A DNA stretch of 64,000 bases from Balanoglossus misakiensis (GCA_040954595.2 CM082593.2:3303434-3367433), one strand, 5' to 3'. Shown: positions 1-12,589, counted from the first letter of the stretch. Program-made: numbers and translations. Notes: generated from the letters alone by a model not told the origin.

Positions 1-29
1 ATTTACACACTTTTTTCATATTTTGATTT

Positions 30-146
30 TACCAGCTGCTCTGTAAAAGAGGGAAGCTTAAACGTGTCCATTTTTAATGAGGAATCAGCCCGCAGCTATA
101 AAATCGACATATAAATATACTCCATGAAACAACAGATGGTGTAAGA
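30..146 (+). promoter_or_regulatory. Candidate core promoter and short noncoding first exon of annexin copy 1
   Basis: TATAAAA at 97-103, then CAGATGGT|GTAAG donor at 141 and a CAG acceptor at 287-289. The block is visibly homologous to 5135-5245 upstream of annexin copy 2. Confidence 0.5.
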
Positions 147-351
147 GCCCACCCTGGTTTGCCAGACTTATGTATCTGTGCCGTGAATTAAAAGGGTGTC
201 TCGAGGTCGATTTTATACATCATTTTTTCTTTGTGTAATTAATTGAATTCATTAAAATCAAACCGTGTAATAATAATATTATTCAACAGAAATATCCAGG
301 TGATCCACAACTTTCTTGGCACAAACAACCGATAATTGAGCAACCATCACT

Positions 352-2912
352 ATGGCAGGAATGGCAGATTTTGATTTATCAAGGGAGACAGAGAAGATAT
401 ACACTGCATTGGACAAGGTTATGAAGGGACTCAGTAAGTACTAGTGCGGCAGTGACTATCAATGTTTATTCACATCGTAAAATAGGCCACTTTCGTGACC
501 CCTACGTGACCTTACATCCTCGTACTTCCGTCAAGCGGTATAAACCCTCAACAAAAACTTTGCTGCTAAGAGTCGCTCTCTCCATTTAGGAACTGACGAC
601 GAGGTACTGATCGAGATCCTGACCGTAGCCACTGACGCTCAGAGGCAAGCGATAACGGAGAATTACAAACTAACGTACGATCAGGTATGTAAAATACAGT
701 ATTAAGCACCCATGACCCCTGTATGACCTTTCATCATTGTACTTCCGTTGGTATGGGGTTGTCAACTCACGTCTGCATTGGACAAGAAAACTACGTATTT
801 CTACTTTCTCTCTGTAGAATCTAGAAGAAGACATCGCCCAAGCAACAAGTGGAAATTTTAGCCGACTGACTGGATCGCTGTTGAAGAACCCTGCACAGTA
901 TGATGCCACTTGCTTGAAGGAGTCTATGGAGGTAAATGACGTCACCGGAAGTACTAGTACATGTATAACAATTTAGATTCTAGGAAGTTTGGCAAAAAGA
1001 CCCCCATAGAAGTCACACATACACGCATTGCCTGAGTAACGGAAATTATATATTGTTGAAAATAGTGCTCTTTTTTCACCACCAGTGGTTTCGCACCGAC
1101 ACCGATGTACTGATAGCTGTTATCTGCACCAGCAAAAATGAGGAAATTCGACAAATGAGTGACGCATACACGGAACGTAAGCATACGTGATTAGAGATCT
1201 GTACTTTCTGAATGCACATCCACGATTCTCAGGCTCTCGTGCTATATAATCTCTTCGCTGAGTTAACTGTGGAATTCTTACGCAGCTAGGGAGTTTTACC
1301 GTAGTATCGGTCAAACTTCTTTAAAACTTTGATTTTCGAAGTGCACACTTCCTTAATAGTAATTTACATTTCTTCCACCGCCCTACAGTGTACGGTAGGA
1401 ACCTCGAGGCAGATGTGAGGAACAAAACCTCAGGTGACTTGGAGGTTTTGCTGGCATCGGTGTTGCAAGCTGGTAGATCTGAGGATCAGGAGGTTAATTC
1501 CGAGAAAGCCACTACCGACGCATCAGTAAGTGGACACGTTAATATCTCAGGGATTTTATTCAATAGTAGACAAAAGTGTTTGAATAATCGAATCGAAGAC
1601 TTGGTCGCTATACAGCCAACTTTTCCCCCGTTTACTTTTTTCACAGGAAATGTACGACGCCATCAACGCTACATTCGGAACTGACAAATCTATTTTTACC
1701 AGTATATTTGCCAATCGCAGTGCTGGCCAGCTGAGGGCCACCTTTGACGAGTATGCACGCATTGCAAAGAAAAACCTGTTGGACGATATTGCAGACAAGA
1801 TATCTGGTAAATTGGCCTTGGCATACAGAACCATCGGTAAGAGAACACTGCCTCCTAGAGTTTTGTTTTGGGGATACAAGGGCGTGAGCCAACAGCTGTT
1901 ACGAGGTATTACCATAAACAGTACACAGGGGGTCTATAGTATTATAGAATATATAGTCATATCCATTGTCGCCGCCGATCACGAAACAGGATTCTGTGAT
2001 GAAAATCGTCTCGTTTTTACACAGGTCTTTGGGCCACTGATGAATGCAAGTACTATGCGGAGAGTCTGTACAAATCAATGAAAGTAAGTAACGGTTTAAT
2101 GATTTCAAGTGAAAATATTATCCCTGTCGATTAAACACTTGCATGTTTAGTCATGTCATGTATACTTTCGAGTTGGTTAGAGTGTGGTATCAATTTGAAC
2201 CCACTCTGTCTATCTCACTTACACAATCCCGGTGGCCAGAGAAATGAGAACACTTGCTAAGTAACACTCTGTGTGTTGGCAACAGGGCTTCGGTACCAAA
2301 GATGTTCTCCTGATACGAGGAATTCTGAAGAACTACCAGACTCCTAATATGAACACAATCAAACAGATTTTCCTGCGCGAATACGGGGATACGTTGGCTA
2401 AATGGATCGAGGTAAGTGTTTGCATCTTTACGATGAAAATGAGCCGCCTCCATGCACTGGTATCATAACATTTCTTGTAACTTATATAAATAAGAAAGTG
2501 CTACTTAGGTGAGTGATAAAATCATAATGCTATAGAATTCTATAAAATATTTTGTAAGGGACCAATCCTGAATGCAAAGACTTGTGGCATTCCATCTTTC
2601 TTTGAGCAGGATACTCGAAGTCATTGACGTGTTTTAGCCACTTTAATCTTGTCGTGTTTATGACATTGACAGGACGATACGTCGGGGTACTACAGACAGG
2701 CTTTACTGGCCTTGGTCGCCAAAGCAGCATCAGGCGATGGTCAACCAGGTCAGGTTACCGAACCACCAGCTGAACAGCCACCACCTGAAGAGCAGCCCGC
2801 AGAACAACCAGCCGAACAACCCACCGAACCACCAGCTGAACAGCCACCACCTGAAGAGCAGCCCGCAGAACAACCAGCTGAACAACCCACCGAACAACCA
2901 CCAGCAGAGTAG
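352..2912 (+). CDS. Annexin family protein (copy 1), four-repeat core plus C-terminal Pro/Glu/Gln repeat tail, about 377 aa
   Basis: Nine phase-compatible GT-AG exons: 352-433, 590-684, 818-931, 1086-1176, 1389-1525, 1647-1836, 2025-2083, 2286-2411, 2673-2912 (1134 nt). The translation shows four annexin repeats: MKGLRTDDEVLIEIL..QRQAI..Y..LEEDI...TSGNF; MEWFRTDTDVLI..EIR..AY..LEADV...TSGDLE; FGTDKSIF..RS..QLRATFDEY..I...ISG; MKGFGTKDVLLIR...IK..F...YG..L..WIEDDTSGYYRQALLAL. An alternative start ATG lies at 361. Confidence 0.93.
2757..2909 (+). repeat. Coding tandem repeat, 66-bp unit (TEPPAEQPPPEEQPAEQPAEQP) x2 plus a partial unit
   Basis: Units at 2757-2822 and 2823-2888 are near-identical. 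A partial unit at 2889-2909 precedes the TAG stop. Confidence 0.95.
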
Positions 2913-4034
2913 CTTCCTGTGAAACGCCATTTCCTATACAGTGGCTGATAGATTAACTTTTACAGCGTCTCTCAATGGCGGAGTGACGAATATCGTGAAA
3001 TGAAGTTATTCAACTATTCAACCTCGAACTAAAATAATCTTTAGAAGGAAAGTTCATTCCCCTTATAAAGATACACATAGATCATGACTAGCATGTTAAT
3101 TTAGATAATTATGTATTATTAGGTATACATTTACAATGATAAAGGTATGATAATTGATGGACGGACAACCAATGGGACATTTTGCAGACTGTTTTCCATC
3201 AAAGAAGACAATGCAAAATTGTACCATTCATTTTCATCTGGTAACCAATTAAAAATTAATCGAACATAAGGAAATGCCATTTCCCTTTTTTGTAAAGTGA
3301 CCCGAATAAATTTCTTGAGTGCATGTATCCACTTTTATTGGCCTTGATAAGATTAAGTGACAGTATAGTTGTATTTGTTAGAAAGACTGTTAGACAATGC
3401 CTATCTATGCATGGACCCAAATGAAACCATTGCCTGATACAATGGTTAGCCAAGAGGGATAATTCTGAAAAGTTGGTTGTGAGTAAATGAATCCAGAGAT
3501 TATGCTTTGCACAGTCTAGATCATATCATAGTTCAGTGCATATCTCGTGGTGAACATAGTTGTTTATAGTACTAATATTTGCGTTAGTTACTGTGAATAA
3601 ATTTGCTCTTTAAAACATGTGCGTGTGTTGATTAATATTATGTGGAATGTAAGTTTGAAAGGCACAGTGTGTCAGTGTGATGGAATGGCTCGATGGAATA
3701 CGGAGGGCTTATAATGCGAAGTTCAGTATTTCATACTCATCTAACACGTCTAACCAATAGTGATATCAAACAAAAATGCAGACGTCTTTCCCCAGCTAAG
3801 ATTTTAAAGTTGAAAGCAGAAGAGAAATTGAAGTTTTGATTCTCACACAGATCACAGATTCAAATCCAAAGCCAGAGATAAATTTGAAAGTTGAAGTAGA
3901 AGGAAAATCAGCATTCCATTGCAAAAGTCGAAGCCGAAGCGTCTCAGTTTTTGATCTCTCTCATATGGCAAAACAATGAAGCAGATAATGAACGTGGCAA
4001 ATCGCCAACTGAGTTTAATCTTGAGATATTCATG

Positions 4035-4285
4035 GTACGAGCTGAATGCTTACAATCGCCAACATGAAATGCAAAAGGTGTTATAAAATTCATTGAACAC
4101 TAGTTTATAAAAGTATCACAAAGGCGTCAATATTCTATTTATATTATATTCACAAAGGGGGACAGTTTCACCCAGGACCTTGGATCAATGTGCGCATGTG
4201 AAATATGTTGATCGTAAAATCATTGGTTTTGTTCCATGATGATTTAGGGGTGAATTTGGTCACATAAGTTCCTTGTGGTTTGTTA
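4035..4285. repeat. Diverged ~250-bp direct repeat, second copy at about 5507-5757
   Basis: Collinear shared blocks: GTACGAGCT..ATGC(T/C)TACAATCGCC.A.ATGAAATG; TTCTATTT; AAATCATTGG.TTTGT.CCATGATG; TTTGGT.A.ATAAG. Confidence 0.7.
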
Positions 4286-5134
4286 GCTGTTTTAGGTACG
4301 TTTTGTCTTCATTTGGACAATTCGAACTTTCTATAAGCCAAACATCTAATATTGTACAACAGAAATAAACATTGATCCGCAAAAGTTTGGGAGACCATGC
4401 ATGCATGACCACAAGATCGGGTCAGGTTCTGGCAATTTCTGGTTCGAGTTATAGAGTATATAGTATAGGTGTGGTCTGTAATTTTCTGAGAGGCACATAT
4501 ACCTTGTTTATCGCCATTCAGTGTGATGCTTTAAAATCTTTTAATAGACACATCGTCACCTGCAGAAAGCAAAAGGCCACTGTTTCGATTGTTCTCGATG
4601 ATGAATGAGACCAGATGTACTAACAGCTGTGCAAACGACACAACACGTGGAACATGGAACGCGCTTCAGATAAAAATATCACAAAAAGAAATACTAACTT
4701 TAAAATACCACATATGTTTCAGGGTGATACTGTGATTAAATATCCCTAGATGGCACAGTATAGTGGAGAGTCATGCCCGATTCATTGACTGGTTGATAGG
4801 TGTGGCTTGCGTAAAACACATTGGGATAGACAGACATTATCCTTCTCAGAAGAATATGGCTGACTACTGGGGCTTTAGTGCGATGATGTTATTTGCATAT
4901 GACACCCACAGGAGTCACGTGGGTATATCTGGGCAGATACTTTACAAAGTAACAGCATAAAGCTAAAGTAACACTCTCATAGTGCAGTGGACCATCTCAA
5001 ACTGCAGCGAACGTTGGGCAAATTCAAAATTCATGAATGATCAGAAATGCACATGTTGAAACGTATTATGTTTCGGTGCACTTTTACAAAACTTTCTTAC
5101 TTTGATGCCCAAGAAAGAATGAAACTTGTGGTTT

Positions 5135-5245
5135 ACCTGCTGTTACATGAAATAGGAAGGCTTCAACATGCCCATATATTTTCTGTTAAGTCCAGCCACA
5201 CCTATTAAATCAACGGATAACACCGAAACGCCAGATGGTGTTAGT
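5135..5245 (+). promoter_or_regulatory. Candidate core promoter and short noncoding first exon of annexin copy 2 (paralogous to 30-146)
   Basis: CAGCCACACCTATTAAATCAAC matches CAGCCCGCAGCTATAAAATCGAC of copy 1. CAGATGGT|GTTAGT donor at 5240; TAG acceptor at 5823-5825. Confidence 0.45.
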
Positions 5246-5867
5246 ACCTATCCTTGTTTTGGTAACGTTATACTTCTGTTTTGCGAATTACAGGGAACGA
5301 TGCAGTCGATTTCCTAGATATAAAACTTCTATTAACGTTGATTTTTTTTTTCAAATATAATGATGACAAGCGAGGGTTCCATAGTTTGTAATTGTCTATA
5401 CAAGGTTAACTTTTAATAAGACCCAGTAAGGTAAGACTTATAACGTTGGAAGTTGGCTGCTCTTGGCAGCCCAAATAACCAACTACGTTAAATTTTTGTT
5501 AATGAAGTACGAGCTAAAGATGATCACAGATGCCTACAATCGCCCATATGAAATGTGAAATTTGCTGTTATTTATTGAAGTCAAGATAACGAGAATTACC
5601 GTTCTATTTTATGTTTGATTCACGGCGATGGGTATATTAACCTTGAACCAAATGTCAAAGTACACTTCGACATTTTATCAGTCGGTAAATCATTGGGTTT
5701 GTCCCATGATGCTTCGGTCCAGAGTTTGGTTATATAAGGGTCTGTTGTTTTTTGTTAAACGTACATCATTTCCCTCGACTTCGCAACTCGTATCTGCCTA
5801 CACGCCGCCAGTTTGGTATTGGTAGAGAGACGTATTCTTGAAGTGATCCACAAATATTTGAGCAACC

Positions 5868-8119
5868 ATGGCACAATTTGATTTGGCGAGGGAGACAGAG
5901 AAGTTGTACAATGCTTTAGACAACGCAATGCAGGGACTGAGTAAGTACTATTGGGTAACTGTCTCCGTAACAATTTATTACATTTTTATCGATTTCAGCT
6001 TGAACCAACTTTCTTGTTATGAAATCAATTGTTTCCACATTTCCAAATAGAAACTGACGACGAAGTTTTGATCAGGGTTGTGACCACATTCACCGACGAG
6101 CAGAAACAAGCCATAAAGAAAAACTACAAAATAAAGTATGGACAGGTAATGTAAAACACATTCGAAATTGTGCATTAGTTGAGTCTGCGCAAAGAGGTTG
6201 TGTTCTTGGAGTGTCTGCCTTCCATCCTGACAAGAATTCTCATAGTAGTGAACATATTTCTGCAGACCGCGATTTTAGGATGGCCAGCCCATCCTATCCT
6301 ATAAATAAATTGCCACCTTCATTTTGTAGGATTTGGAAACTGCCATCGGCCGGGCAACAAGTGGAAACTTTGGCAGGTTGTCTCAGTCACTGTTGAAAAA
6401 ACCTGCTGCTTGTGGCGCCTGTTGCTTGAAGGGATCTATGGAGGTGAGTAACATTTGACGGACATTACCAAAATTCCGATTTGCAACACATTTTGCAGAG
6501 CGTTGTATGATTTCTGGTTGAAATACGTGCTTTTGTAACATCACTGCTTGTGACTTTTCACCGAGCCGCATCCCCTCGCGGATTGTTATATTTGACGCGC
6601 GTGGTGGCAACGAGAACGAAAGTAGTTCGGAATGGCGCGCCTATATCCGGTCAGAGAGCAACGTACGACAGATCTAAATATCGCTAAAGTCATGTTTCGT
6701 ATCACCTCCAGTGGTTCGCAACCGACACAGATGTACTGATCGATGTTATCTGCACCGCCAACAATACTGAGATTCGAGCTATGAATGATGCGTACATGGA
6801 AGGTAATCATGCGATGGTTAGAGAAAGATATCTCCGGTATATGAATATGTAAAGTCATTCTTTTGTGCCAAGTACAACAACAAGTCAGATTGCAGGGTAT
6901 CGTTCTACAATCCGCTGGTGTGAAACTTTACATATGATGTAGTTTACTTACACGTTTTAAACTAAAGCACCTATACCACCGACCTACAGAGCACGGAATT
7001 CTTGAGGAAGATGTGAGAAATGCCACATCTGGGGACCTGGAGACTTTGCTGGCCGCGCTGTTACAAGCTGGCAGATCCGAGAATCAGGAGGTCGATACTG
7101 AACTAGTCTCCACTGACGCATCGGTAAGTCAGTACACGGTTAGACTAATCGATAATTATTTACTGGTAAAAATCATGTTTGTATTCATAATCAAACTGTT
7201 GTCTCTATTTTTCTTTTCGACAGAAAATGCACGAGTCCATCACTTCCTTTTTTGGAGTGGACAAGGCCCTGATCAACAGCATTTTTGTGAACCGAAGCGG
7301 CGCACAGCTGAGGGCCACATTTGAGGAGTATGCACGCCTCACCAAGCGCAACATCGTGGACGACATTGGATCCAAATTGTCCGGTGATTACGCCTTGGCC
7401 TTGAAGACACTGGGTAAGAGAACACCACCCTCTACAAAAACTCAGTGAACAAGGTCTTCATGGAGGGATGGGTTGGGATGTTTTCAATATTTGCCACGGC
7501 AGATCTACAAATGACATAAATTCTCTCCTTTTGACACAGCCGAATGGTTTATTGATGAATGCAAGTACTTCTCGAAAACCCTGCACAGAGCAATGGAGGT
7601 GAGTCAAGTGTAAATGAGAGAGCTAAAGTGTGTCGGATTTGGAATTCAAAATGGCCACCATCTCTGTGTTAACTGTTTGGGGGAAATTAAAAGTATGCCG
7701 CCACAGATACTAGACTGCTTGCTACAGTACTGCATGCTGACAAATTGCGTGTTGTTGACAGGGATTTGGCACCAGAGACGTCCTGCTGATGCGAGGAATT
7801 GTGAGGAACTACAAGACTACAAGGATGCAGAGAATTAAAGACATTTTCCTGGCGGATTACGGGGAAACTTTGGAGAAATGGGTCGAGGTAAGCATTCAAA
7901 TGTAGATTGGAATTTCTCAATCAGTTATAGAAGGTGAAAAGTAAACTTCACACAGCTTAACATCAAGATCAATCTCACTGAATGCAGCACGTATCATTTT
8001 AATCTTGGCGAATTTTGTCATTTTGGCAGATGGACACGTCGGGGTACTACCAGCAAGTTTTACTGGCTTTGTTAAACCAACCATTACCTGTACCCCCCGC
8101 AGAGCAGCCAGCCGAGTAG
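5868..8119 (+). CDS. Annexin family protein (copy 2), about 323 aa, short PPAEQPAE C-terminal tail
   Basis: Nine GT-AG exons: 5868-5940, 6051-6145, 6330-6443, 6712-6802, 6990-7123, 7224-7413, 7540-7598, 7762-7887, 8030-8119 (972 nt). Internal exon sizes 95/114/91/134/190/59/126 match copy 1 (95/114/91/137/190/59/126). No frameshift or internal stop. Confidence 0.93.
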
Positions 8120-9417
8120 CTTTGGACAGCGCCTCTGGCGGCGAGGTTACGAATACCATACCATGAAATGAAGACCTCGCATTATTTCTGTGTAGACTTT
8201 CATTTTTAAAGGCTAGGTATAAACACTAGTAGTCCGTGATTTGCATGTTAATATATCAAAAATTAATTTAGGTAACCACAGAAATTTTTTTCAACATGTC
8301 TGATTTTTTTTTTGCTTATTTTAGTATTTGCCATTTATCGTGTTCGGTTGATATGATTATAGAAAACCAGTTATGGAATTATGTGTATTCAAGTGAGACC
8401 ATGGTATCATTTTGTTTTGGATAAAGGGTGGTGTTACTGTTAGGTAAATGGTATAAAAAGTAATAAATTTGATAGGGGCGTTGAAAACATGTGTTGATTC
8501 ATTTCGTGCATTTGGAAAGAGTGTATTGGATGGATGGATGGAGCAATGGATGGATGAAATGACAGGGAGGGGAACTCTGTTGAACTAAACAAACTACTGC
8601 ATGAAATATAAAAATGTAAATTGGAACATTTAATACAAAATTTAAAAAAAAAGTAAATAAAATGCATTTGCACATTAACATTTTTAAATGATAACAAAAC
8701 GTGGGAATTATAATCACACATTGACTGAAAACTGCACATACATTTTCCTACTACGTAGTACATGTACATTGTATTGGGAAAAAGTCAACAAACAGTTAAT
8801 AACATACATAAAGTGAACAAACCCTAGTGGTTTGAGTTATTAGATATTTACATACATTAAGTTCAACAAATAAGAATGCTACAATTGTTTCCAGAAAAAC
8901 AAGTTTGTAAACACATTTCAGGTCAAAATATGAGCTGCTTTGAGAAAATTATTAACAAAACACACACTTAAAGCATATTTACATGTATTTGGTTATCTCT
9001 TGATAAAAAAAAAAGATCGCTATTTTTATGTTAGGATTTACATCCAACTACACCCTGTTCAGTAAGAATTGATTTTCAAGGTGGATTTACTCCCTAGATA
9101 TGTCATGATTTTCATAAAGGGACCCCACAACATCCGCACCAGCTTAACATGAGTGCAGATTTAAAGAAAAAAAGACACAGTTGCTGTTTCTAATACTGAT
9201 ATATTCTTTGACAAGAGTACCTTACAGCATATATCTTCTGGCATGGAAGTTAAAAAACAAGCATGCAGAAGAAAAATTAACCAAAAAAATGAAACACTTG
9301 AACCTGCAAGTGAACGCTTATGGACGGAAGTGAAAAACAAAATTGTTCTTTGGGATTCTACTGTATTCTTTGGTGGGGTGGTGTTGATCAGCCAGTCTTT
9401 GGTTTTTGTCACTGAGT

Positions 9418-12400
9418 CTAGTAGTCTGGTACCGGAGTCACACTGTGGATAAAAAAAGAAACTTCATGTTTATGTACAGTGCAAAATGGAAGGAAATTAT
9501 CAATTATTAAACAGACCAGCTTTAACCCTTTAACCTATCACCCCTTTTCCCTCTATAGAGACTGTGATCAACTTACTGATACTCAGTTGGCTTCAGTTGT
9601 AAACTGATTCGACTGCGGTTACTTGACGCCGTGGACGGACGAGACCGACTATACGATGGCCTATGGTCACTCTCATAGGATGTTTCACGGAAATCATGCA
9701 CAGTTCTCGGACGGAGAGGCAACAGCGAGGTGTCTGAACGACTGTGAGAAGGACTTTTGTTCGGATCTGGGTACCTGGAAATTATGCCAAAAAAAAAGAA
9801 AACACAACATGAGCAGTCCAGTCTGATTTGATAAACCTCCCTGGCAGTCTGACAAGAAATTAGTTGAACAATAAACAAAATTCCTGAGAAAATAGCCAAA
9901 ACTTGACTTGTCATCCTATGTCTGTTTGACATGAATTTCTCTCTTGCGATATAAAAATCTCCTTGTGGCTCGTCAGAAAATAGGTCAGACATAACTGTAT
10001 TACTGCCTTTTGTTGACAGAGTTTAGTCAAGTGGAAATTACACATCGATTTGTTTGATCACCCTGACTAGGTGTACATGTATTTTTTCACAGTGACAGTT
10101 GCTTGGATACAAGTGTCCTAGTTACCATGGGTTCTGGTAGAGATGGGTGTGTCTGTCCTCTGCTGCTTGGCGAAATTCCCCAGTCTGAAATGAAGAAGAA
10201 TAAAAAATTGCTTAAGGCTTTCACCATTTTTACTCTTTCTACTTTTCGTAGATGCTATGTCCAAGGCAGAAGGTGATTTGAATATATGCAAATATGTAAC
10301 TGTGACAACCTTACCCTAATTTGCATACCAGTCCTCAGCAACTGTCTATCAGCGTTCCACGGGATTCCCCATCCTATTTCACCCACTCTGGTCGACCTGG
10401 GCCTAGGGTGGGGGGTTCCGGGAGCTGCCCGGTACAAATATTTGGCTTCACTGCAACCTTCCCTGGACATTGTGCCAATGCCCACATACCTGTCGTTGGT
10501 TACGACATTTACCCTATAGTCACCTATCCCATCAGGACCTGAGGGAAAAACAAATTGTGACAAAATATTGAGTCACGAAATTCATCCTTGTCCATACAAT
10601 TCTGCCGATTTTTGAGAGTACGTGTAATTTGTATGTCACTAAAAATATATCACTAATTATTATATTCAGTGGAATGAAGTCTTTTGTGCATCCATGGCTA
10701 TAAACCCATTCAAAACAGTTGAATACACGCTTTGTGCCCAAAGTTTCAATCAATATGAGACTGCGGGCTAATAAAAATTCTGAGAGCTCAATTATTTTCA
10801 ATGCATGTCACCATTGGTAGTAAATTAGCTAACAATGAGCGAACAATAGGGGGCACATAGGACGTTGCTCCACACAATACATTCCAGTGTTTCTCCGCTA
10901 TCTGGGGATTTACCCAGGAGTGGGTAATTCATAATGGAAATTTTCTTCACAGGGACAAGGGGACCTGACTGGGAAAACTAGTGGCTTGTTTATGGCAAAC
11001 AAACACACAAATCCCTGCGTAGCTACGAAACACAAACCAATTCATTGCCAGCAGTGTGGCTTTCCAGATAAAGACAACCACTATTGACCAGCAGACATTC
11101 CATTCTAACAGTAACACCAGCCATTGAACAGTATAGTTGTATAGTGCCATACAATAAAGTCTGAAAGTACATGTAGTCCTTTCATGTTTGGAGCTTTATG
11201 TGGCAAAATGATCAGACCAGCCAACTCAGTTGTGTAAGAGTGAGTTTTTCTGGGTATGCAAATTCCCAGAGAGAACATGAAATGTGTGCTGTTTTCAGTT
11301 ACGTGATCAGTTTAAAGTCCTGACTCTTGAAGAGCTGAAGTGGACTTTAACAAATACAGAAAACAGCTACAGGCAACTGGACAAATGACTGCAAACACAG
11401 CCTGGCCACTGTGTTCAGAGTATCGCGGCAACACTCAGAACTCGGAAGAATGTGTTGGTGCTGAGGCTAAGCTACCAGTACCACCGAGTTTGATTACAAG
11501 GCAGTAATTCACTGCATCTGCCTATAACACAGTACCATGCATGCCCTGATTCTGGTCAATTCACCCGTTATAGTGATATGTCTACGGTGAAACTCTAAAA
11601 GGCTTATATCTCTGCTGTTATACCCACTCACGTTTCACTGCAGTTGATATTTGAGCGTCTAAACTGTGTGCAACGACAAGGGATAATGTTTCAATCCACT
11701 TGTCACGCTGCATGGTAGATGCATTACGTCTGTGACTCGCACTCACAGCAGAGCTGCACAGTACAAAAACAACAAGTAAACTTTGATACTAGTACTCATG
11801 ATAGTTTTAATATGAATACTTTTGAGCTGACATGTGGCTTTGAACTTCGTCATATTTTCGGTCAGGTTGTAAACTTTTTAAACTGGTTGGCCAAAGCCTG
11901 AAAACCACACGTCCATGAATACCTGTGAAATCTGACATACCTGTGAAGACTGAAGGTGTAAACGCTAAACGATTTGTGTTATTATATTATTCTGTCAGGT
12001 TTTTTTTTTCTACTGCTTGTGCACAGTTTGATTGAGATGTTAAAATTTTATTAGATGTTATTATAGGTGTTACTCGTCTGTCAAACAATCCGATAATTGC
12101 CCCGTAAATCGATACCCTTTGGCATGCAGTGTAAACGCGTCGTGGTTGCTTTGATGGTTCTATTTTCTAGTGACATTTCGTCACGAACAGGTTCGATCAC
12201 CCGTTCTTGTGGTACCGTATAGTCCTTTGATTAGAGAAAGGATATAACGGGATGGCCATGTTGTCGAGAGCAGTGTCCCGACCGAAGTTGACAGTTGGAG
12301 TCGGTTGGCGTTTGTTGACAGACACACCGAATGCTGTCAACAACAGCACGCTTCATCGAACCATTCCCCGGCGCGCTCGTCGCAAAATCGAACGGAAGCC

Positions 12401-12535
12401 GAAATAATACTCACCGGTAAACAACACCGCTCCTTTGCCCATGGCGCGACCGCCGTACTTGGCTCGCCATGTGGTGTTGGTCGCTGTCGAAGTTAACGAA
12501 CTTCGCCGGGAAAAGGGTAAAACATCTGCCGACAT
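9418..12535 (-). CDS. SPMIP2: C4orf45/SPMIP2-like (DUF4562) sperm/ciliary microtubule inner protein homolog, about 208 aa
   Basis: Exons 12535-12415, 10538-10315, 10184-10126, 9774-9577, 9442-9418 (627 nt, phases consistent). The protein contains GKGAVLFTGPDGIGDY...YVG...KYLYR...VGEIGWGIP...TGMQIR..EFRQAAEDRHTHLYQNPW, matching recalled human C4orf45 motifs (MIFTGPDYIKDY, YVGE, YLWR, EIGWRIP, THRYQNPW). Confidence 0.82.
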
Positions 12536-12589
12536 CTCTTGTGCTAACTCATCCGAGAAATGGACACAGACAGGTGATCGACCTTTCGT

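Noticed and set aside
2757-2909. CRISPR-like array
   Set aside because: A contiguous coding tandem repeat with no spacers, in a eukaryotic context with no cas genes.
2730-2930. Trp/Phe/Leu-rich minus-strand ORF and the alternative-frame Asn/His ORF 2737-2922
   Set aside because: They are shadows of the annexin tail repeat; only the PEQ frame is in phase with the spliced annexin.
5511-5543. Possible relic annexin exon (ELKMITDAYNR resembles EIRQMSDAY)
   Set aside because: Only 11 codons, no matching splice sites, and it lies in a noncoding repeat whose other copy lacks part of it.
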